NCBI RefSeq assembly: GCF_006345805.1
Contig: NW_021828877.1
Coordinates: 1 to 7,375 of the forward strand
Source of the DNA: Octopus sinensis
Lineage: Eukaryota
DNA: 7,375 nt
Direction: 5' to 3'
Shown: positions 1-6,280 of the stretch, in pieces
Position numbering within the stretch: the stretch's first letter is position 1
Layout of the letters: each line of letters starts with the position of its first letter
Notes under the pieces: model-generated
Told to the model about the DNA's origin: nothing
Seen by the model: only the letters and a program-made list of their open reading frames with translations
Database searches by the model: none
Made by a program: the position numbers and the translations under genes

Positions 1-182
1 TGTTGTTGTTGATGTTGTTAGGCAAACACGTGCTTCAATGTGAACGTGCTATTCAAATTCCTGTTTGTGTAAGTTGGTCTGTATGTATCAGCGTGTGGTA
101 CGTAAACGTGTATAGTTCTGACACAAACAATCCATTCATGCCTCTATGCGCCTATGCGTGCGAGTACAACCGCATACATCGA

Positions 183-258
183 CACATACACACACGTTAT
201 ATACATATATATATTGTGTGTGTGTGTGTTTGTGTATTATGTATGTGCTTATGTGTAT
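183..258. repeat. Compound (CA)n/(TA)n/(TG)n microsatellite
   Basis: acacatacacacacg, atatacatatatatat and tgtgtgtgtgtgtgt runs read directly. Confidence 0.9.
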
Positions 259-299
259 AATATTATTATTGTTTTTACGTATTATTTTTGTATTCATAT

Positions 300-543
300 T
301 CGTGTAACATCGTCCGTTTTTCCGTCCTTGTTTTGTATACATTCGAACTTTCTTCCAAGGAATCTAATGCGCTTAGCTTAGTTTTTCCTTGGAGCTGGCC
401 TCATTGGAGCAATCTCAAGATTAATCAGCCGAAATTGCGAGGATGATCCGGTTCTTGACTGAAGATTGAAGGTTTCGAATGTCCCATCCGTGTTTTTTGT
501 ATCGTCTTCTAAATGTTTTGCGTTATTGTCCCAGTTTGTTTTG
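300..543 (+). mobile_element. Structured interspersed-repeat fragment, possibly a Penelope-like terminal region, abutting (TA)n
   Basis: Contains a 9-bp stem tccaaggaa (354-362) / ttccttgga (385-393) and hammerhead core motifs at 409-465. It ends at the (AT)n tract starting at 544. Repeat status is from recall, and boundaries are approximate. Confidence 0.45.
409..474 (+). ncRNA. Candidate rearranged (non-circularly permuted) hammerhead ribozyme; order cleavage site - GAAA - CUGANGA
   Basis: Stem III: gcaaT (409-413) pairs with Attgc (434-438) next to GAAA (431-434), giving an AUC triplet with C414. Stem I: tcaaga (415-420) pairs perfectly with tcttga (453-458), directly before CTGAAGA (459-465). 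Stem II is imperfect. Confidence 0.45.
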
Positions 544-558
544 ATATATATATATATA

Positions 559-677
559 TCACGTGATCACATGACTGACTAGGCCATCAGATGTTGCTAA
601 ACATTGCTGGTCACAATGCGCTTTGCATTGATTTTTTAACCTTTAATGACGCCACCCCGCTGGCTAAGCAAGCAGGC

Positions 678-679
<2 letters not shown>
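559..679 (-). mobile_element. SINE family C, 3' tail only (5'-truncated), inserted in (TA)n
   Basis: 559-631 matches 4858-4922 in the same orientation (atcagatgttgct...gctggtcaca.tgcgctt.gcattg). Its reverse complement matches 5228-5306 (tagccagc.gggtggcgt.att...gcgcattgtgacc). (AT)n flanks both sides. Confidence 0.85.
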
Positions 680-720
<41 letters not shown>

Positions 721-737
721 ATATATAATATATATTA
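680..737. repeat. (AT)n microsatellite
   Basis: Direct reading. Confidence 0.95.
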
Positions 738-894
738 TGCGATGGTTTTGTTAAGCAGGGTCGATTTTTACAATTTTTGTAAATAACAATAATAGTATTT
801 TATAAGCTTAGATCCTTTAAGCGATCACCGCGCAATGACTAAAGAAACTAGTCTAATAATGGAACATATAAGCCCTCTGCAGAAAAATGTAGGT

Positions 895-925
895 TTTCCC
901 GTACGCATGGGACTCGAACCCATAC
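895..925 (-). pseudogene. Isolated tRNA T-arm / Pol III B-box fragment (truncated tRNA-derived SINE head or tRNA remnant)
   Basis: Minus strand reads ATGGG-TTCGAGT-CCCAT (923-907), a perfect 5-bp stem with a 7-nt T-loop. No D-arm or anticodon arm is recognisable upstream. Confidence 0.55.
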
Positions 926-1085
926 CTCTTTGTTTTCCTTCACCTCTACAACAAATATACAGTTAAAAAAAACACAAAGAAGGAATTGATTCGTGAGACC
1001 AAAATATCATTAATTTATTGTAAAGGAGTAGAAGCAGAAATGAAAAGGTAAATGATTTTATAGTGACCTATCCACATGCTCTTAC

Positions 1086-1178
1086 ATAAAATAAGTTCAA
1101 GTTGTGCACTGGAGTCGGTGTAATTGACCGTACCCCTTCTCCAAAATTGCTGGCCTTGTACCAAAATTTGAAATTATT
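1086..1178 (+). mobile_element. SINE family A, 3' portion
   Basis: ataaaataagt...gcactggagtcggtgtaattgac...ccaaaattgctggccttgtaccaaaatttgaaa matches the 3' parts of the copies at 6637-6712 and 5845-5900 (reverse complement). Confidence 0.8.
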
Positions 1179-1191
1179 AGTGTGGCTGGAA

Positions 1192-1406
1192 AAGCGGCCA
1201 GCTGGCAAAATCGTTAACACGCCGTGAAAAATGCTTAGCAGCATTTCGTTCGTCTTTACGTTCTGTGATCAAATTCCGCCGAGGTCAGCTTTGCCTTTCA
1301 TTCTTTCGGGGCTGACGAAATAAGTATCACACGAGTGCTGGCGATGATATAATCGACTTGCAGCATTCCTAAATAGCGTTCTTGTATCAAAATTTGAAAG
1401 ATTATT
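1192..1406 (+). mobile_element. SINE family A, near full-length, diverged
   Basis: Head gcggccagctggcaaaatcgttaacacgcc, degenerate B box (gatcaaattcc), central ctttgcctttcattctttcgggg domain and aaaatttgaaa tail. Colinear with 6341-6507. Confidence 0.9.
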
Positions 1407-1796
1407 TCTTTCTCAGTTGAAACTCAATACCTAATATTTTTTTTTTTTTGTTGCTGACCTCGTTCAATGGACTATCCGCTTAATATGTGGAGATTGGTAT
1501 AACGGGGAATAAGTATTTAAGGTAGAAATATCACAAGGTATTTACTTTTGTCCGCTGTTGTCAAAACTCATTATTTCCAGGCACAACGTACATGATAGAA
1601 CTGACAACAGGAACCTCCCCAACTGCTTTTCCTTTTTAAGGAACCCAACCCTAACCCTAACTGCAAAAACAAAGATTAGACTTATTAACCTCAAAAAATC
1701 AGACATAGGTGGAGTCAGTAAACACAAACTAGAGAGAATTATTTGAAAGGTCAATTTGGTATCGTGCTTATCGTTTTGGAATAATACACTAGAGAT

Positions 1797-1921
1797 TTAT
1801 ATATATATCTATGCATGCATACATACATACATACATACATACATACATACATACATACATAAATACACACAGATAGACACACATACACACACATACACAC
1901 ACACGCATATACACACACACA
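1797..1921. repeat. (TA)n-(ATAC)n-(AC)n compound microsatellite
   Basis: About 10 ATAC units at 1819-1860, followed by imperfect CA repeats. Confidence 0.95.
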
Positions 1922-1924
1922 GTA

Positions 1925-1970
1925 CAAGGTAGGTCAAAAGTCACCCGACAGTAAATCAAAATTCCATAAA
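1925..1970. mobile_element. Possible lone Tc1/mariner-type terminal inverted repeat, truncated by the adjacent SINE
   Basis: TA (1923-1924) followed by caaggtaggtcaaaagtcacccgacagt resembles the TA|CAGGGT...CAAAAGT termini of Tc1/mariner elements. I saw no partner TIR in the window. Confidence 0.4.
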
Positions 1971-1984
1971 TTCTTAATTTTCTT

Positions 1985-2201
1985 TCTTTTACTTAAGTCA
2001 TTTGACTGCGACCATGCTGGAGCACCGCCTTTAGTCGAGCAAATGACCCCAAGACGTACTCTTTGTAAGCCTAGTACCTATTCTATCGGTTCTTTTGCCG
2101 ACGCGCTAAGTTACGGGGAAGTAAACACACCAGCGTCGGTTGTCAAGCGATGTTGGGGGTGGGGGGACAACACATACACACAAACACACATACGACGGGC
2201 T
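1985..2201 (-). mobile_element. SINE family B, 3' half, 5'-truncated where the hammerhead-bearing element begins
   Basis: Reverse complement aligns with 5390-5560 (gctggtgtgtttacttccccgtaacttagcg vs gctggtttctttacttctcggaaactaagcg) and has an internal (TG)n tract. I recall this as an abundant octopus SINE but cannot assign a published family name with certainty. Confidence 0.85.
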
Positions 2202-2204
2202 CAT

Positions 2205-2839
2205 CGTGTCTCATCGTTATACATTATAATTTTTCAAATTCACCGCGCAAGCGCAGTTTCAGTCGGTAGTAAATGAATATATGCCGAACTAATCTTTTAA
2301 AAATTGCTAAAAACATATACGTAAAATATAGGGTAGCGAGTGTTTTTTTCAGAAATTTCACTACCAGTGGCCTAGCATGTATAAAAGTCAATAGACAACA
2401 TATTCTCAATATGAAATAGTGTACATTTAACGACAAGAGAGACTGAAAATTTGAAAAAATATAATGTATAACGATGAGACACGTGTTCGTCTCTTACTTA
2501 TATGTTAGTACTATGGCGTGGTCACTGATGAGAAATTCGCCAAGCAAAATAATTTATTTGTTAAAAATATTTTGAAACCTCGGTCTGACCAGAATAAAAT
2601 AACAAGGTAAATTTTTTTATTTTTCATTCCTTTTGAAGATTGCTCTTAAATGTGGTTTTGGTCGTTTTGACTACTTTTTCTAGCGTGTGAAACTGCTTGT
2701 TTAAGGCTGTTTCACTTATGTTTAAATGTACACTATTTTATATTGAGAATATGTTGTCTATTGACTTTTTTATACATGCTAGGCCACTGGTAGTGAAATT
2801 TCTGGAAAAAAAAACTCACTACCCTATATTTTACGTATA

Positions 2840-2840
<1 letters not shown>
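2205..2840 (+). mobile_element. Penelope-like / retrozyme-like non-autonomous element with an inverted partial copy
   Basis: Two interleaved inverted-repeat pairs: 2205-2264 vs 2441-2483 (the latter with a 17-nt deletion) and 2315-2430 vs 2722-2840. A hammerhead lies at 2519-2591, and the element ends in (TA)n. Confidence 0.7.
2519..2591 (+). ncRNA. Type I hammerhead ribozyme with minimal stem III
   Basis: Stem I tggtca (2519-2524) / tgacca (2586-2591); CTGATGA (2525-2531); stem II gaaat (2532-2536) / atttt (2569-2573) with a G-U closing pair; GAAA (2574-2577); stem III ACC-tc-GGT (2577-2584); GUC cleavage triplet ending at C2585. Confidence 0.85.

Positions 2841-2870
<30 letters not shown>
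2836..2870. repeat. (TA)n microsatellite
   Basis: Direct reading. Confidence 0.95.
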
Positions 2871-3058
2871 CGTTTTGGGATTTGGTTTGCAAGATTCTTT
2901 ATATGACTTCGTGTGTTGAAGCATATTCTGTTGTGTCTGGGGAGAGTCATTTTCTTTTTGTGCCTTATAATTTAACACACTCACCGGTAAAATTTCCACT
3001 TATTCCTTATTATTTTCTTAAAATTTTCGTTGCGTCTTGCAACCTTTTCAATAGTCTT
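2871..3058 (-). mobile_element. Interspersed-repeat fragment with a degenerate hammerhead-like / Penelope-like terminal motif
   Basis: Abuts (TA)n. Minus strand reads TTGAAAAG-GTTGC-aagac-GCAAC-GAAA (3051-3025). Repeat status is from recall only. Confidence 0.4.
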
Positions 3059-3096
3059 GGCTCTGTCCCTTATTTACACTGCGTTCCTTTTTGTTT

Positions 3097-3343
3097 GTTT
3101 GTGCGCATGTGTGTGGGTCAGTATGTGTATGTGTGCTTATGCATGCATGCATGTATGTATTTATGTAGGTATGTATGCATGTGTATGTATATGTGTGTAT
3201 GCATATGTATATATGTATGTATGTGTGTGCATCTGTATGTATATATTCTGCATATTCATGTGCTTGCATGTCCGTGCTTGTGTGTTTTTTATGTATGTGT
3301 GCATGCGTATGTTTGTATATGAATGCACCTCTGTGTGTGTGTG
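3097..3343. repeat. Degenerate (TGTA)/(TGCA)/(TG)n low-complexity tract
   Basis: About 245 bp of alternating purine-pyrimidine sequence; the source of four spurious ORFs. Confidence 0.9.
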
Positions 3344-3508
3344 TTTTGCAACTATGTACCATCCGTTTAATGTAAATAATGTACATAATTCCTCATCTCT
3401 TCAATATAGAACTGTATTCTTGCTTTCCCTGATGTAAGTCACCATCTCTCTGTTACTACCTTTCCCTCAGACTAATACTTTTGCAACCTTCTTATTTTAT
3501 CATATAAT

Positions 3509-3677
3509 TCGCCCAACGCGCCTGTGGGGACATATAGATTTTTATTGAAATCCATTTAGCCTATTATTGAACTGAATGTTAGTGCAATATGTATGTAAGG
3601 TTTCGTAAATATTGGTTTGCTGGTATAGGCACTAAGATGATAACAGACAGACAGAAATCGCCATTTATATATATAGA
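3509..3677 (-). mobile_element. Probable non-autonomous Helitron-type fragment (5' end at 3677)
   Basis: Minus strand reads A|TCTATATATATAAATGGCGATTTCTGTCTGTCTG: a 5'-TC after A, followed by (CTGT)n, as in Lep1-like Helitrons. The internal atgtatgtaaggtttcgtaaatattggttt resembles a motif of such elements. A weak GC-rich stem lies at 3512-3530, but there is no clear 3' CTAG. Confidence 0.5.
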
Positions 3678-3746
3678 TATATAAATTTTTAATATAATTA
3701 AAAAAAATTTTAATACAAATTACCTCGTTTGAAAACTCTTAATTTT

Positions 3747-3809
3747 ATATGTGTATATATATATTATATATTATATATATATGTACCTGTGTGTGTGTGT
3801 GTGTGTGTG
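3747..3809. repeat. (TA)n/(TG)n microsatellite
   Basis: Direct reading. Confidence 0.9.
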
Positions 3810-3960
3810 GAATGTTCATGTTTTATGCTTTTAATTACGCATGTGCATTGTTTTCCAGTAGACACACATGTAAAACTAATCCTGCAGGAGTTAAAGAAAC
3901 ATCTTGTAATTTCAGCTTCAGTCGATAATTCAATAAAAGCCTCTCCTATCTTTCACTCAC

Positions 3961-3969
3961 AACTGCCAC
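3961..3969 (-). other. Candidate 9-nt microexon GTGGCAGTT (or the start of a longer non-coding/terminal exon)
   Basis: Minus strand reads gCTAATaacgtgtttttttatgtattttAG|GTGGCAGTT|GTGAGT: branch-point motif (3998-3994), T-rich tract, AG (3971-3970) and consensus donor (3960-3955). It lies in the longest apparently repeat-free stretch of the window. Confidence 0.45.
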
Positions 3970-4785
3970 CTAAAATACATAAAAAAACACGTTATTAGCC
4001 TGAATACTTTTTTTCATTTTAATTATTTATTCTATTTTATTTATTTATTTATTTATTAGTAGAACCAGTTCTGTAATCCTTAAAATAAACCGTTACACCG
4101 ATCTACACCTCGTCTGCTGTGAATACATAATAAATAATTATGACTATTAAATATGATTTAAGGGTGTTCTGTTTTGTAAGCCATTTGCGAGAAATGTTAA
4201 GCTGTTTTCATTATCAACCATATCGTATATCAGTTGGAGAGATTAGATATTAATTCAACATGAAGGGAGTGAAATATAGTTAATCTACTAAGAACGCCGT
4301 CGTGTTCGCTCGTCCATTTCCAAGTCTGAAGTTGAATTAAGAGCAAGAAATAGTTTGTGTATTTTTCACAGCAACTCTGTAGCCAGTCAGGTTGTGTTTC
4401 AAATTCCTGGGTCAGGGTTTACTTAGTATAGATATCTGGAGCGCTCATAGGTTATTAGCTCTGCTGTTTGTGTATAATTTTAGCCTTAATTTACTAAATC
4501 ATTTTTACATGCTCATAGCAATACAGTAAGTTAGAGGGAAGCTTATAAAATATCCGTGATCGTCATACGGTTTTGATTTCCCTCCATATCTTTTGCAATT
4601 CCCTCGTTGAGTTATATGAGAATGTATGACTGCAACAGAATTTCGCTTTCATTTCAAAGTATATCTAAGGAATTTGCACATTTATCAGAAACCTGTGTTT
4701 TTGTAAGATTTAAGAAAACTTATGCTTTATAAACTGTTGCGACACGTCTAGCTAACATTCAGCTCACAATACTGCAGCACAGCAA

Positions 4786-4858
4786 TGTGTGTGTGTGTAT
4801 GCGTGTGTATATACATACACATATACACACATACATGCATATATATATATATATATAT
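4786..4858. repeat. (TG)n/(CA)n/(TA)n compound microsatellite
   Basis: Direct reading. Confidence 0.9.
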
Positions 4859-5026
4859 CACCGTGACCGACCAGGCTATCAGATGTTGCTACACATCGCT
4901 GGTCACATTGCGCTTCGCATTGTTTTAGCTCAATTAAATACTCACAACGCCCGGTCTGGGAATCGAAACCGCGATCCTACAAAGCGCATGTCCGCTGCAC
5001 CCAAACCACTGGGCCATTGGCCTCCA
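4858..5026 (-). mobile_element. tRNA-derived SINE family C, internally deleted
   Basis: Minus strand A box TGGCCCAGTGG (5016-5006) and B box GGTTTCGATTCC (4970-4959). The 3' tail is shared with 559-631 and 5266-5306. The middle section is missing. Confidence 0.85.
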
Positions 5027-5076
<50 letters not shown>

Positions 5077-5086
5077 TATATATATA
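5027..5086. repeat. (CA)n(TA)n microsatellite between two divergently oriented SINE heads
   Basis: Direct reading. Confidence 0.95.
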
Positions 5087-5087
5087 A

Positions 5088-5314
5088 GTGAAGGCGCGTA
5101 GCCTAGTGATTGGGATGTTGCACTCACGATCGCTAGATCGCGTGTTCGATTCCCCGACTGGGCGGTGCGTTGTTTTCTTGAGCAAAACACTTTATTTCAT
5201 ATTGCTCCCTTCGACCAGGGAGGATTGTTGGTCTACTCGTCTAGCCAGCAGGGTGGCGTTATTCGAATGCAAAAGCGCATTGTGACCTGCGATGCGTAAC
5301 AACATCACGTGTGA
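5088..5314 (+). mobile_element. tRNA-derived SINE family C with a CORE-like central segment
   Basis: A box TAGCCTAGTGA (5099-5109), B box GTTCGATTCC (5144-5153), then ttgttttcttgagcaaaacacttta (5170-5194), which resembles the CORE-SINE motif tgtgaccttgggcaagtcactta. The tail is shared with the other family C copies. Confidence 0.85.
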
Positions 5315-5384
5315 AATAAACAATATACATATATGTGTGTGTATGTATGCACATAAATATACATGTGTGTATGTAAGCGTGTGT

Positions 5385-5560
5385 TTATAGTTGTGTCTGT
5401 GTTTGCCCCTCACTGCTTAAGAGCTGGTGCTGGTTTCTTTACTTCTCGGAAACTAAGCGGTTCGTTAAAAGGGAAGGACCAAATAAGCACCAGAATTAAA
5501 AAACAGGTACTGAGGATCGAGTTTTTCGGCAAAACCCCATGGCCAAGTGAAAGTTAAAAG
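5385..5560 (+). mobile_element. SINE family B, 3' half, diverged (preceded by a TG/TA-rich tract at 5323-5385)
   Basis: Aligns to the reverse complement of 1985-2175. Confidence 0.75.
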
Positions 5561-5662
5561 TTAAATGGACAAGAATTTTCTGTCATATCTATGGTTCAAT
5601 TGTTTGACATATATGTAGGTTCGAGGATTAGTATTGAAACACCTCTGTACATCATTCGTAGG

Positions 5663-5827
5663 TGGGTTAAGTCGATTACATTGACCCAAATGTTCAAGTT
5701 GTACATAATTTATCGATGCGAAAGGATGAAAGGCAAAGTCGACCGCATGTAATTAGAACTCAGATCCTAAAGATGGACGAAATGCCGCTAATCATTCTGC
5801 TAACAATTCTGCCAGGTCACCGCCTTA
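5663..5827 (-). mobile_element. SINE family A, diverged
   Basis: gaaaggatgaaaggcaaagtcgac (5730-5753) is the reverse complement of the family A central domain. The head ttctgccaggtcaccgcctt is at the right end. Confidence 0.85.
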
Positions 5828-5842
5828 ATCTGAATAAATATT

Positions 5843-6008
5843 GGTTTCAAATTTTAGGAATAAGGCCAGCAAATCTAGGGAAGAGATTAGTCGATTACAT
5901 CACCCCGAAAGGATGAAAAGCAAAGTCGATCTCGGCGGATTTTGAACGCAGAGCGTAAATGTCGAGATGCCGCTAAGTATTTTGTCGGGAGTAGTAACGA
6001 TTCTGCCT
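5843..6008 (-). mobile_element. SINE family A with internal deletion, flanked by a 10-bp direct repeat (probable TSD)
   Basis: Tail ggtttcaaattttaggaataaggccagc, central gaaaggatgaaaagcaaagtcga, head aacgattctgcc. aataaatatt occurs at both 5833-5842 and 6009-6018. Confidence 0.85.
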
Positions 6009-6280
6009 AATAAATATTCTTGTATATTCTCAATCTGAATGAATATTGCCTGCTTCTATTTTATATCATATTACATAGAACCGACATATGTAACAAATTA
6101 CCAGTGATACCATTACTAAGCTAGAAATTATAATGAGATTATTACTTTACCTTTCTGTCTGATTTCTTCTCATTAAGAGATAGGATTTTGTTTAAATATA
6201 AATATCTTCCCAAATATTCTTGAGTTTCATGACAATAATCTTTATTGGCAGGCTTAGCATTACATTATGATGCCTAATTA

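Noticed and set aside
3-381. Three overlapping ORFs of 68-85 aa
   Set aside because: Composed largely of translated (TG)/(CA)/(TA) repeats (CVCV, HTHT, YIYI); no domain-like content.
826-836. tcaccgcgcaa identical to 2240-2250
   Set aside because: An 11-bp match with no flanking similarity; compatible with chance in 7 kb.
1312-1321. CTGACGA followed by AA as a hammerhead core (likewise CTGAGGA at 5510-5516)
   Set aside because: Mutated SINE positions (other copies read gtcgataaa and ctggggtcga); no supporting stems.
1642-1661. aacccaaccctaaccctaac telomere-like repeat
   Set aside because: Only about three units. It could belong to a Helentron-like repeat, but I could not identify termini.
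2472-2493. cgatga-gac...gtc hairpin resembling a second hammerhead beside the real one
   Set aside because: The core lacks the U of CUGA and no GAAA follows; only a simple gagac/gtctc hairpin.
2224-2906. Two ORFs sharing the peptide FIHARPLVVKFL, suggesting paralogous genes
   Set aside because: A by-product of the DNA inverted repeat 2315-2430 / 2722-2840; the frames diverge at indels.
2697-3437. ORFs up to 159 aa
   Set aside because: Mostly open because alternating purine-pyrimidine tracts lack stop codons; the rest overlap non-coding repeats.
4940-5165. Functional tRNA genes at the two A/B-box heads
   Set aside because: No complete cloverleaf or poly-T terminator; both continue into the shared SINE body and tail.
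4787-5916. ORFs of 64-104 aa
   Set aside because: They lie within SINEs and microsatellites.
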